From: Rhodobacteraceae bacterium bin131
GTDB taxonomy: Bacteria > Pseudomonadota > Alphaproteobacteria > Rhodobacterales > Rhodobacteraceae
DNA length: 64,000 nucleotides
Reading direction: 5' to 3'
NCBI GenBank assembly: GCA_002239085.1
Contig: MPNP01000001.1
Location: 49,169 to 113,168 of the forward strand
Below the pieces are notes generated by a model. The model saw nothing but the letters and a program-made list of their open reading frames with translations, searched no databases and was not told the DNA's origin. Positions 29,704 to 39,696 of this stretch are shown here, one piece after another (position 1 is the stretch's first letter; each line of letters opens with the position of its first letter). A program made the position numbers and the translations under genes.

Positions 29704-30578
29704 GCTCGATTTCTTTTATTGAGTTTGATGCAGATAAATTTTCAAATTTGCAAAGAAATCTTTTAAAACCCAAAAATAAAGGTTCAGAACAGCAGTGTAA
29801 ATTTTTAGAAAGGGTCATAGATTCATCTAATTTTTGTACAGAATTAGAGAAGATGTTGCCACAAGGAATCGAAGAAAATAAACTACCGGATTTAGTTACG
29901 AAAATGACTGAAGCTGAATTCAAAGATCCCCCGTGGGATACAGAAAAAAGAATTTACTCAATTTGGAAGAATATTCCTCCTAGAATTGCATGTAGGACTA
30001 CTTTTTGGGCTTATATTACTTATCAGCAAATTAAAAGTGATAGAATCAAATCATCATATTTGGTAGGGGGCAGGGGTAGTACCGGCAAGAATTGTATTCA
30101 TGAAGCATTAAACTCAAATGATAGGAAAGAGATAGATAAGTGTATTAGAGAAGTATTTCGCAGGCTTGGAGGACTTAAGCTTGCCCGTGGTAACAGGAGT
30201 ATCTATGTTGATTGTATTCTTGCTCGAGCATGGTGGAGAGAGAGGTTGGTTGAAGAAGTAGCAAAGGGGGATTGTGAATTAGAAGTTTATGTCCGTGATG
30301 CTGTTCGTATCAGTCAAAGCTATTGGGAAAAATTAGTGACATTTATTGTTTCACGAAACTCAGTGTTTGGTTCAACTGAAATTAGAAGTAAGTTTATTAA
30401 AATTCTTGGAGAGGAGTTGGCAACTGACCCAAATTCTCCCATGCAAAAAATTGAAAACTTAGTATTAGCCTCAAAAACTTTGAGTTCTGTTCAAGCGTCA
30501 CTTGAGCTCAGTATTTTAGACCCAAAAGAGATTGAAGAGAAAATGTTGGATATTATTAATTCAATATCAAACCAATAA
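29700..30578 (+). CDS. Hypothetical protein (island operon gene 5)
   Basis: 292-aa ORF, translationally coupled (ATGA overlap). Appears largely helical with Trp/Arg-rich segments (ARAWWRERLVEEV, SQSYWEKLVTFIVSRNSVFG). The size is compatible with the roughly 290-aa DUF4007 (SspB) class, but this is not verifiable here. Confidence 0.6.
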   Translation: MSSISFIEFDADKFSNLQRNLLKPKNKGSEQQCKFLERVIDSSNFCTELEKMLPQGIEENKLPDLVTKMTEAEFKDPPWDTEKRIYSIWKNIPPRIACRTTFWAYITYQQIKSDRIKSSYLVGGRGSTGKNCIHEALNSNDRKEIDKCIREVFRRLGGLKLARGNRSIYVDCILARAWWRERLVEEVAKGDCELEVYVRDAVRISQSYWEKLVTFIVSRNSVFGSTEIRSKFIKILGEELATDPNSPMQKIENLVLASKTLSSVQASLELSILDPKEIEEKMLDIINSISNQ

Positions 30579-30603
30579 ATTATAAAGCCCAGTTCGAATC
30601 TAA

Positions 30604-31809
30604 CTACTGTAGATAGGATTGGTTGAGACTGATGAATTTTACCATGTCACCAGCCTTCCTAGGTCTATCGTTTGGTTCCCTTATCATTAACGCATTTGAT
30701 CTGTAGAGTACATTCAATAAAGAACTGTCTTGATGTTCATGAGCTTTGATGTTTGGTCTTTCAGTTGAATAATCAACGATAGCGCGTAGATAGTGTTCGC
30801 GTGGTCCATTGGCGTTTAATGGAGCGGACAGTTGGGCAATTTTTCTGGGTAAACCAATTGGATTTAATCGCTGCATAGCCTGAATTACGGGAAGAATAAA
30901 GACATAACCACAAACGATAGCTGAAACGGGATTACCAGGCAAACCAACTAATAGACTGCGAGGATTGCGACCAGCAAATAGTGGTTTGCCCGGACGCATT
31001 GCAATTTTATAAAATGAAATTTCAAAGCCCATTTTGTGTGCCGTATCTTGAACGAGATCAAAGTCACCAACCGAAGCTCCTCCAATTGTAAGAATAAGGT
31101 CGGAACTCTGTGCCATATTAAGAATGTTGGATATCGAGGATTCATTATCGCGGGCTATGGGGAGAAGTTTCACTTCACATCCAGCAACTTCAAGGATTGA
31201 CTTCAAGCCATATACATTTGAAGCAACAATCTGATTATCAGCTGGAATCTGTCCGGGCATAACCAACTCATCCCCAGTAGGAATAATTGAAACAATCGGT
31301 TTTTTGTAAACTAATAGTCGAGCTTGGTTCATCGCGGCCAGAAGCGAAATCAATGCGGGCGTAAGAACATGAGGCGCTGAAACTTTATACCCTTTCTTAA
31401 AATCGCTTCCGGCAAGTCGGATAAATAAATTTTCTTCTAAATGCTCATTGAGAATGATGATAGACCCGCAATCGTTCACATCTTCCACAATGACAACCCG
31501 GTCGGCTCCTTTGGGTATTGGAGCACCTGTATAAATTCGAACGGCCTCATTTCGACCCAAACAATAATCAGGAATGTCTGCTCCAGCAGGAACGGTACCA
31601 ATAATTTTTAATTGTTTTCCAGCTTCTGAATCATTTTGGCTAACAGCAAATCCGTCCATTGAAGAACTATCAAATGGTGGTTGGTCACGAGGTGATAACG
31701 TATCTTGAGCAAGTACTCGACCTGCCGCTTCGCTCAGATCAATCCACTCAGTTTCAAGGGGTGAGGTGATGGCTAAAAGCCGCTTCAATGCCTCACTGAC
31801 CGATATCAT
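30604..31809 (-). CDS. moeA: Molybdopterin molybdotransferase
   Basis: 401 aa. MoeA-like (SPRDQPPFDSSSMDGFAV; GGASVGDFD; GLPGNPVSA). Confidence 0.9.
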   Translation of the reverse strand: MISVSEALKRLLAITSPLETEWIDLSEAAGRVLAQDTLSPRDQPPFDSSSMDGFAVSQNDSEAGKQLKIIGTVPAGADIPDYCLGRNEAVRIYTGAPIPKGADRVVIVEDVNDCGSIIILNEHLEENLFIRLAGSDFKKGYKVSAPHVLTPALISLLAAMNQARLLVYKKPIVSIIPTGDELVMPGQIPADNQIVASNVYGLKSILEVAGCEVKLLPIARDNESSISNILNMAQSSDLILTIGGASVGDFDLVQDTAHKMGFEISFYKIAMRPGKPLFAGRNPRSLLVGLPGNPVSAIVCGYVFILPVIQAMQRLNPIGLPRKIAQLSAPLNANGPREHYLRAIVDYSTERPNIKAHEHQDSSLLNVLYRSNALMIREPNDRPRKAGDMVKFISLNQSYLQ

Positions 31810-32282
31810 GCCACCTCAAATCGACCAGATTTTCCACCATCCTTGAAGATAAGACGTGTTTCTGAAATAATCACACCTCGGTCGACTGATTTAACCATGT
31901 CGTAAATCGTCAACGCTGAAACGGATACCGCAGTGAGAGCTTCCATTTCAACTCCAGTTTTACCTGATGAAGTTACTTCAGCAATGATGTCAATGCACGG
32001 TGGTTCTTGAAGGGGAATGAACTCAATGCTTGCACTATTAATTAAAATACTATGACATAATGGAATGAGGGAAGGGGTTTGTTTACTAGCCATGATCCCC
32101 GCAATTCTGGCAATCCCAAAAACATCACCCTTTTTAATCTTATTTTGGGTAATCAGTTCAAGCGTTGATAATTTCAGTAAGATTCTGCATTTTGCCTGAG
32201 CAATGCGGTTAGTCTTCGGCTTGTGATCAATATCAACCATGTGAGCTTCACCTTGGTGATTGAAATGCGTTAAATCGGTCAT
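31806..32282 (-). CDS. moaC: Cyclic pyranopterin monophosphate synthase accessory protein
   Basis: 158 aa. Contains LIPLCHSI and GVEMEALTAVSVSALTIYDM, characteristic of MoaC. Confidence 0.9.
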   Translation of the reverse strand: MTDLTHFNHQGEAHMVDIDHKPKTNRIAQAKCRILLKLSTLELITQNKIKKGDVFGIARIAGIMASKQTPSLIPLCHSILINSASIEFIPLQEPPCIDIIAEVTSSGKTGVEMEALTAVSVSALTIYDMVKSVDRGVIISETRLIFKDGGKSGRFEVA

Positions 32283-33088
32283 ATGGCTATTGCCTCACTA
32301 GAGATACCAAGAAGCGTTTCTAAAGCCTTCTGAACATTTTGTTTGCGCATGAGACTTTCACCGACCAGAAAGCACTTGATTCCACCCTCTGCAAGGTAAT
32401 CAAGGTCGGATTGAGTAAATATTCCTGATTCTGAAACAACAACTTTCTCTTTGGGAAGATATTTCATAAGTCGTTTAGTTGTATCCAAACGCACTTCAAA
32501 AGTTTTTAAGTTTCTATTATTTATTCCAATTAAGTTTGACCTGAGTTGTGTTGCTCGATTGATTTCATCCTCATTATGAACCTCAATCAATACGTCCATA
32601 CCGTGATCAATAGCTGTTTGCTCTAATTCCGCAGCAAGTTGATCATCCACTAATCCCATGATAATAAGAATACAATCGGCACCAATTGCACGAGACTCAA
32701 CGACCTGTATGGGGTCAATCATAAAGTCTTTACGAAGAATAGGTAGCGAAACAGTATTTGCAGCCTGTCGTAAAAAATCATTATTCCCTTGGAAACTCGG
32801 TCGGTCAGTCAAGACTGATAAGCAAGCTGCACCTCCATTACAATAAGACTGGGCTAATTCGATGGGATCGAACTTATCCCTGATCAGCCCCTTGGAGGGA
32901 CTTGCTTTTTTTATTTCAGCGATAATAGCATAGCTCAAAGCTGACTGGATTTGCAAGGCCGTAGCAAATCCTCTAGGTTTTTTTACTGACTGTGCAATTA
33001 TTTCCAATTCATGCAATCCCACTTGGGACTTCAGTTGATTGACTTCCTCAAGCTTGTAGTCATGAATTTTTTGCAGAATGGAAGTCAT
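32279..33088 (-). CDS. trpC: Indole-3-glycerol phosphate synthase
   Basis: 269 aa. Contains [18 protein letters not shown] and RKDF motifs. Confidence 0.9.
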   Translation of the reverse strand: MTSILQKIHDYKLEEVNQLKSQVGLHELEIIAQSVKKPRGFATALQIQSALSYAIIAEIKKASPSKGLIRDKFDPIELAQSYCNGGAACLSVLTDRPSFQGNNDFLRQAANTVSLPILRKDFMIDPIQVVESRAIGADCILIIMGLVDDQLAAELEQTAIDHGMDVLIEVHNEDEINRATQLRSNLIGINNRNLKTFEVRLDTTKRLMKYLPKEKVVVSESGIFTQSDLDYLAEGGIKCFLVGESLMRKQNVQKALETLLGISSEAIAI

Positions 33089-34107
33089 AACTCATGTGTG
33101 TTTGTTGCTAAAACTAATGCATCAAGTTTTTCCAGCGCTGTTCCACTATCAATTGCAGTCTGAGCCATTTGCACTCCCTCTTTAAGGTCTTGTGCCTTAT
33201 TGACAATTACCAAAGCTGATGCGGCATTCAGCAAAACAGCATCTCGATATGGAGATAATTCTCCAGCGAGGAGTTTCCGCATTGCTTCCGCGTTGTCGTG
33301 AGGTTCACCACCTTTGATTGAATCAAATGGGTGAACCGGTAGACCAGCATCATCAGGAGTAATCGTAAATTCTTTGATTTCACCATTTGCCCACTCAACT
33401 CCATACGTGGTACCCGTAATTGCCACCTCATCAGTACCGTCTTGACCATGGACAACCCAAGCCCTTTCACAACCAAGTTTGCCGAGGGTTTGAGCCATAG
33501 GGATTAATAGCTCACGGGAGAACGCTCCAGTCAGCTGGTATTTTACTTGAGCGGGATTGGTCAATGGTCCCAATATATTAAAAATAGTTCGCGTTCCAAG
33601 TTCTTTCCTGACTGGCATTACGTGTTTCATAGCGGGATGATGAACGGGAGCCATCATAAACCCAATCCCGATTTGATTGATCGCTTTCTCGGTTACTTCA
33701 GGTCCAGTCATCACATTGATATTGAGTTCACTCAAAACATCCGCAGCACCGGATTTCGATGAAAGATTTCGATTACCGTGCTTGGCAACTGGTATTTGGC
33801 AACCCGAAACGACAAATGCTGTTGCTGTAGAAATATTTAAAGTTCCTTTGCCATCTCCTCCAGTTCCGACTATATCCATGGCATTTTGAGGGGCTTTGAT
33901 GCCGAGGCACTTGTTGCGCATGACGGTGGCAGCGGCGGTAATCTCATCAATTGTTTCTCCACGCGTTCGCATGGCCATCAAAATGCCTGCCATTTGGGCA
34001 AGGGTAGCTTCGCCAGTCATGATAAAATTAAACACTGATTCGGCTTGCGCTTCAGTAAGCGGACCACGGCTAGAGGCTGAAATTAATTCCTGGATATTAT
34101 GGGTCAT
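33085..34107 (-). CDS. trpD: Anthranilate phosphoribosyltransferase
   Basis: 340 aa. Contains [18 protein letters not shown] and [18 protein letters not shown]. Confidence 0.9.
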   Translation of the reverse strand: MTHNIQELISASSRGPLTEAQAESVFNFIMTGEATLAQMAGILMAMRTRGETIDEITAAATVMRNKCLGIKAPQNAMDIVGTGGDGKGTLNISTATAFVVSGCQIPVAKHGNRNLSSKSGAADVLSELNINVMTGPEVTEKAINQIGIGFMMAPVHHPAMKHVMPVRKELGTRTIFNILGPLTNPAQVKYQLTGAFSRELLIPMAQTLGKLGCERAWVVHGQDGTDEVAITGTTYGVEWANGEIKEFTITPDDAGLPVHPFDSIKGGEPHDNAEAMRKLLAGELSPYRDAVLLNAASALVIVNKAQDLKEGVQMAQTAIDSGTALEKLDALVLATNTHEL

Positions 34108-34687
34108 TTTGATAGGCTTTGGCGAAGTCTAAAAATTTCTTAATAATTTCGATTCCATATTCAGAAGCAATACTTTCAGGATGAAATTGGACACCATAGA
34201 TTGGGAGAGTTTTATGCTCAATGCTCATAATTAAGCCATCCTGAGTCCAGCCGTTCACCATTAAGCAATCGGGTAATGAACTTCTGTCAATGATCAGCGA
34301 ATGATACCTTGTTGCCAAAAATGGAGAGGGTAAGTTGGCAAGTAATCCTGTACCTGAATGGAATATCTGGCTTGTTTTTCCGTGTACGATTTTTTCACTT
34401 TGGATGATATTTGCTCCAAAGGCATTGCCAATGACTTGGTGCCCTAAACAAACTCCCATCAGAGGTAATTTAACCTTGGCTGTTGCCAAAGTTAGATCAG
34501 GGCAAATTCCTGACTTATTTGGCCCGCACGGCCCGGGCGAAAGGATAATTCCAGTTGGTTTGGCGGCGATGATTTCCTCAGTTGTTCTTTCGTTGTTGCG
34601 AAATACCTCAAATGCAACATTTTGGGAACCAATATATTGGACCAAATTGAAAGTAAAACTATCGAAATTATCAACAATATAGAACAT
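34097..34687 (-). CDS. trpG: Anthranilate synthase component II (glutamine amidotransferase)
   Basis: GATase-1 triad context GVCLGHQ and FHPES. ATG 34687 ([15 protein letters not shown]) is preferred over the upstream TTG at 34717. Confidence 0.9.
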   Translation of the reverse strand: MFYIVDNFDSFTFNLVQYIGSQNVAFEVFRNNERTTEEIIAAKPTGIILSPGPCGPNKSGICPDLTLATAKVKLPLMGVCLGHQVIGNAFGANIIQSEKIVHGKTSQIFHSGTGLLANLPSPFLATRYHSLIIDRSSLPDCLMVNGWTQDGLIMSIEHKTLPIYGVQFHPESIASEYGIEIIKKFLDFAKAYQNDP

Positions 34688-34900
34688 AGGAGCGACTCTT
34701 GTGTCGGCGTTAGCCAAGCGAATACTCTCTAAAACAGTAAAGCATGATAAGAATTTTAAAATACATTGAACTTCAACGTAATGCCAAGAATTCTTTGCGC
34801 ATAAAAATCAGTATAGATTTCATTATAAATCTCGGTATTCATGTCCCTAGAGTGTACTCTGGCTTGCGTGACCAACTGAAATAAAATTTTCAAATGCAAC

Positions 34901-36412
34901 CTATTCAGAAAGCTCAATTAGAAACTTGTGGGCATTTTCTGCTGCTTTTCGGAGTGCCATTGATTTATCAACCGACTCTTGCCATTCAAATGCTGGGTCA
35001 CTATCAAAAACTACGCCACCTCCGGCTTGAATATAAAGAGTCTGATCTTTTATGACAGCCGTTCTTAACGCAATACACATATCCATTTCATCATTGCTAG
35101 AAAAGTACCCAACTCCACCGGAATAAATTCCGCGTTTCGTTTTTTCTAATTCATCAATTATTTCCATTGCCCGTATTTTTGGAGCACCGCAGACCGTTCC
35201 CGCTGGAAAACCAGCCATTAGAGCGGAGAGAGCATCCTCATTTTCAGCCAATTCACCGGTGACGTTAGATACGATATGCATGACATGGGAGTATTTTTCA
35301 ATTACAAATTGCTCGGTCGGTTTAACCGATCCTATTTTTGCCACTCGCCCCACGTCATTTCGCCCCAAATCAAGCAGCATCAAATGTTCTGCCAATTCTT
35401 TTTCATCATTCAGCAGTTCATGAGCTAAGGCATCATCCTCCTCACTTGAATTACCACGCGGACGGGTACCTGCAATTGGTCTGACAATAACTTGGTCGTT
35501 AGCAACTCTGACTAGAATTTCTGGGCTCGCACCAATGACATGGAACCCGTCAAAGTTAAAGAAGAACATAAAGGGAGAAGGGTTGGTTTGTCGGAGTGCT
35601 CGATACAGAGAGAAGGGCGGGTGCTCAAATTTTAGCGACCATCTTTGACTGGGAAGAATTTGAAGTGCATCTCCAGCCTGAATATAGTTCTTTGATGTAG
35701 TGACGATTTTTTCATATTCTTCTTTTGTGGTTTCAGCAACAAAGTCAAGCGGAGTTTGTTGACCTGCTTTAGCAGTTTTATATTTTATGGCTACTTCTTC
35801 TAACTTATTAACCGCTCCTTGAAGCCTATTCCTGCCTTGATTGTAAGCATCCCTAGCGGATATGTTAGGGTTATACCAAATGGGACAGGTAAGGGTAACT
35901 TCTCTTTTAACACCGTCGATCACAGCGATAATTGAAGGGCGAATAAATAATGCGTCAGGGGTTCCTATGACATCGGGATTACCATTGGGTAAATCTTCAA
36001 TAACGCGAATCATATCATAGGAAAAATAGCCGAATATCCCGGCTGAACTTGAGGGTAACTCTTCGGGAATGTCGATTTTGCTTTTGGCAATAAGCTGACG
36101 GAGCGATGCGAGGGGGTGTTCCGATTCTAAAGGAAGAGTATCATCCTTTTCAAAGCCATGGGACCAAGTGATTGTTGCGTTTTGATTGTGAAACTTCCAA
36201 ATAAGGTCAGGAGCAAATCCTACAATTGAATATCGACCTAGATCTTCTCCCCCAGTAACTGACTCGAGTAAGAAACTGTTTTTTTCGGTCCCAGTAAGTT
36301 TAAGCATAATTGTCACCGGGGTATCAAGGTCAGCAGGAAGCTGTGTAAAGATTATCTGGTTACTTTCTTGCTGATATATACTTTCAAATTGTTCAAAACT
36401 AGGAAGATCCAT
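34901..36412 (-). CDS. trpE: Anthranilate synthase component I
   Basis: 503 aa. Chorismate-binding domain (GTRPRG, LMLLDLGRNDVGRV, GYFSSNDEMDMCIALRT). Confidence 0.9.
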   Translation of the reverse strand: MDLPSFEQFESIYQQESNQIIFTQLPADLDTPVTIMLKLTGTEKNSFLLESVTGGEDLGRYSIVGFAPDLIWKFHNQNATITWSHGFEKDDTLPLESEHPLASLRQLIAKSKIDIPEELPSSSAGIFGYFSYDMIRVIEDLPNGNPDVIGTPDALFIRPSIIAVIDGVKREVTLTCPIWYNPNISARDAYNQGRNRLQGAVNKLEEVAIKYKTAKAGQQTPLDFVAETTKEEYEKIVTTSKNYIQAGDALQILPSQRWSLKFEHPPFSLYRALRQTNPSPFMFFFNFDGFHVIGASPEILVRVANDQVIVRPIAGTRPRGNSSEEDDALAHELLNDEKELAEHLMLLDLGRNDVGRVAKIGSVKPTEQFVIEKYSHVMHIVSNVTGELAENEDALSALMAGFPAGTVCGAPKIRAMEIIDELEKTKRGIYSGGVGYFSSNDEMDMCIALRTAVIKDQTLYIQAGGGVVFDSDPAFEWQESVDKSMALRKAAENAHKFLIELSE

Positions 36413-36422
36413 TACCCACCTT

Positions 36423-38282
36423 TTATTGCAGTTGTGAGTGGACAGAGTTAATAATTTCTTGGTTCAGTGAAAACCTCTTTGAGGCTAGCAAATCAGAAGT
36501 AAAGAAATTGAAGTAGTCGGTTGAAACTCCCTGCGACAATTGTTCTTCATAAAGAGGGAGCAGTTGGGAAACATTTGAAGACTCTCGGTCAGCAGGAAGA
36601 ATTTCCGTCAGCAAAGCCAATCCAACCCTTGACCCATTTTCAACTATAACAGAAGATTTCGCGTCTTGAAGTTTGAAGATATCTTGATGTAACTCGCCAA
36701 TCGAATTTTGAGGTGGAGAAAAACGAGTTGATTCAATAGCAGTATTCAATTCGCCTAAGCCAACACTGGCGAGCTTAACACCTGCTTCAATTGCGGCCCT
36801 GTTTTGTTCAGCGAGCTCTATTTTTTGCTGGAGCAAATTATTATCAACCCAATCAGATATGATTTGTTCCTTAACATCCTCAAAGGGTTGGAGAGTTGGA
36901 GGGGTGGTCGCATCAAGTCTTAAAGCAATAGCACCCCCATTACTTAAATTAATTATCTCGGGGAAGGAATTCTCAGTCAAAGAGCTAGCTGCGGTTCTAA
37001 ATTCTTGGAAAGCAGTAATTTGCTCGGTTGAGAGATCATTATAATCCACCGTGCCGAGAACCATATCAGTTTCATTCGCCAGGTCTTCCAAGGTAGCACC
37101 AGAAGCGAGAATATCATTGTAATTTTCAATATTACTGTTGATTAATTCCAGTGCTTTTTCATTCACTCCTTGAGTTCGAAGTTCTTCCTTGGCTTCTTCA
37201 AAAGGAATCGAAACAGCAGGAATGATTGCATTGATTCTGTAAAGGGCATGGCCTATGGATATTTCGACCGGCTCAACAACCGATAATTCATCAGATGCAA
37301 ACACTAATGAAGCCGCTGATTCAGATAAATCTTCAATACGAACAATCCCTTGGTCCAAGTCTTCAGGAAGAATTCCTTTTTCTGTCGCGAGGGTATCAAA
37401 ATCCTGAATTTCATTTTGGATACTATCGTAGGCCTCTTGTGCTTCCTCTATAGTTGGAAATACCAAACGGTCTATCGCTCGCTTTTCAGGCGCTTGATAT
37501 GTTTCTCCTGCATCATCGTACATAACTTGAAGCTCATCATCGGAAACCTCAATTGTATCAGTTAACATATCGGGCAAGACCCAAGCATAGGTAATGGCTA
37601 GGGTTGTTGGAAGAGTATAGTCATCAGGATTATCTTGATAGTATGCTTGTAGATCTTCATCTTGCCATTGGGGATCAGGATTAGTGAGTAAATTATCAGT
37701 AATCTCAACCCATTCATATGACCGACGTTGGAACTGATATTCAATCAACTTATCAAGATAAATGTTTGGAATTGAAACACCACTTGTTAGGGCATCAGTC
37801 AGTAAATTTCTAGCGGCGTCTTTTCTAACTAATTCGTCATAATTCGATTTAGTAATACCATTAGACTGGAGTGTCAATTCATAAACGGACTTATCAAAGC
37901 TGCCATCAATACCAGCAAAACTTGGAGTTGTAATAATGTTGTTATAGACGACCTCATCACCGACGGATAAACCAATATTTTTAAGTTCATCATCAAGGGC
38001 TGCGCGACTGCTTACAGATGCAATCGCGTTTTGAGAGGCACCAAAGGCTATGGCATCTTGAATTGATAAGGTATTCCCCAATTGTTGAGAAAGCTGGTTG
38101 GCCGAACTTCGTAATGACGTAACATAATCGTCAACACTGACTTTTTCGGAACCTACTTTACCAATGGTATTGGAAATACCGGAGTAATTACCGATTCCAA
38201 ACCCCATTAAGCCAAGGATTAAAAGCCCAAGAAGTACCCATACCGGAATATCCAAGGCTTTGTTTCGCTTTCGAGCAGCCAT
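36423..38282 (-). CDS. Periplasmic chaperone / peptidyl-prolyl isomerase D-like protein
   Basis: 619 aa. N-terminal TM anchor followed by a SurA-N-like region. The position upstream of trpE is typical of alphaproteobacterial ppiD. The parvulin domain is not clearly recognisable by eye. Confidence 0.65.
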   Translation of the reverse strand: MAARKRNKALDIPVWVLLGLLILGLMGFGIGNYSGISNTIGKVGSEKVSVDDYVTSLRSSANQLSQQLGNTLSIQDAIAFGASQNAIASVSSRAALDDELKNIGLSVGDEVVYNNIITTPSFAGIDGSFDKSVYELTLQSNGITKSNYDELVRKDAARNLLTDALTSGVSIPNIYLDKLIEYQFQRRSYEWVEITDNLLTNPDPQWQDEDLQAYYQDNPDDYTLPTTLAITYAWVLPDMLTDTIEVSDDELQVMYDDAGETYQAPEKRAIDRLVFPTIEEAQEAYDSIQNEIQDFDTLATEKGILPEDLDQGIVRIEDLSESAASLVFASDELSVVEPVEISIGHALYRINAIIPAVSIPFEEAKEELRTQGVNEKALELINSNIENYNDILASGATLEDLANETDMVLGTVDYNDLSTEQITAFQEFRTAASSLTENSFPEIINLSNGGAIALRLDATTPPTLQPFEDVKEQIISDWVDNNLLQQKIELAEQNRAAIEAGVKLASVGLGELNTAIESTRFSPPQNSIGELHQDIFKLQDAKSSVIVENGSRVGLALLTEILPADRESSNVSQLLPLYEEQLSQGVSTDYFNFFTSDLLASKRFSLNQEIINSVHSQLQ

Positions 38283-38388
38283 TCATACCTCTAATAAGAC
38301 AATAAAAATATCTAATTTAACTAGGAAAGGAAGCATCCTTTACAAGTGGAAAAGCTTATGAAATTAGATGCTTGTATATGATTTAAGG

Positions 38389-39597
38389 TTATCTGAAAAA
38401 TTTATTATTGTTGATTGTAAAGCGTTTCAATCGATGAAAAAAATCTTCAATTTGGTCCGTGTTGATATTCGCAAATGCAACACGAACATGTTGCCCACAA
38501 GATCGAATTTGTGGTTCTGCCAATTTATTCTCAAACATAGTATCTGGTAACATAAGGATATTTTCTTCTTCAAGAAGTAATTTGACTAAGTGTTCCGAAT
38601 CAAAAGAAAACGGGTGCCTGACATATGCAAAATAGGCCCCGTAACCTAATAATTGCCACCCCTCCACCTTCCTCAATCCTGTTTCAATGGCATGTCCTCG
38701 GTTCAGAATGACTTGGCGCTCTTCTAAAAGCCAAGATCGCAAGTTTTGTAGACCATGGAGAGCACCTACCTGAGCGAGTTGGTTAGGACAAATGCTGATA
38801 GTATCAAGGATTTTTTCTGCCTGCTGGAGAAGCTCTTCATTGGTAATGATGCAGCCCAAACGATAGCCTGTTAGCCTGTATGCTTTCGAGAAAGAGTACA
38901 GGTGGATAAAGGTTTCGGCCCAATTGGGGTCGCAGAACAAATCATGGGGTTTACTGTCATGAGCAGAGAAATCGCGGTAAGTTTCATCAAGAATTAGATA
39001 AATATTATTAGCTTTTGCTAATTGAAAAAATTCTTTGATGGTACTTTTGGAATATTCCACACCGCAAGGGTTATTGGGCGATATCAATACAATAGCTTTA
39101 ACATTGTCGCAAAGTAACTTTGAAGCTTTTGTAGGGTCGGGAAGTAAATTTTCATCAACATCAAGGATTTTCGCTTGGATACCCATCATATCCAACCACA
39201 TCTTATGATTGAAATACCAAGGGGCTGTGAGCATAATCGTATCACCTGATTGAGCCAGGGTCGAAATGACCGTTGTAAAGGCTTGGTTACAACCAGAAGT
39301 TAATGCGACTTGGTTTGAGTAAATTAATCCTTCGTAGAGTTCAGACCATTGCTCGGCAATCTCAGAACGTAATTCGGGATTACCTAAAACAGGCCCATAT
39401 ACACTTGACGAAGGATTATTAATCACCGCATGAGCAATTGCTTCTCGTAAAAGCGGATGAGGCAAATCAATGGGTGCGGCTTGTGAGACATTTAACAAGC
39501 TCTGATTAGTTTGCGGATGTATTTCGTTTAACCATTGTCGTGCTTCCATGACAGGTGGGCTGATGGTTTCCACAAGATTAGAATTAAGTTGTTGCAT
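38389..39597 (-). CDS. Class I/II PLP-dependent aminotransferase
   Basis: 402 aa. PLP-lysine motif YSFSKAYRLTGYRLG and NPCGVEY (NPxG) motif. Confidence 0.8.
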   Translation of the reverse strand: MQQLNSNLVETISPPVMEARQWLNEIHPQTNQSLLNVSQAAPIDLPHPLLREAIAHAVINNPSSSVYGPVLGNPELRSEIAEQWSELYEGLIYSNQVALTSGCNQAFTTVISTLAQSGDTIMLTAPWYFNHKMWLDMMGIQAKILDVDENLLPDPTKASKLLCDNVKAIVLISPNNPCGVEYSKSTIKEFFQLAKANNIYLILDETYRDFSAHDSKPHDLFCDPNWAETFIHLYSFSKAYRLTGYRLGCIITNEELLQQAEKILDTISICPNQLAQVGALHGLQNLRSWLLEERQVILNRGHAIETGLRKVEGWQLLGYGAYFAYVRHPFSFDSEHLVKLLLEEENILMLPDTMFENKLAEPQIRSCGQHVRVAFANINTDQIEDFFHRLKRFTINNNKFFR

Positions 39598-39696
39598 GAT
39601 ATTCTGCCCCTATCAATACTTGCTTGAATCAAAAAGTTCTCAAGTTAGGCATTAAACTATTTTTATTACAGTCACTAAAATATAGAATTCTATTAG

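Noticed and set aside
22093-30603. Search by eye for direct repeats, tRNA fragments or IS ends flanking the defence island, and for CRISPR-like arrays anywhere in the window.
   Set aside because: None seen. The only tandem repeats in the window are the coding repeats inside znuA. A computational repeat search would be needed to exclude short (under 12 bp) target-site duplications.
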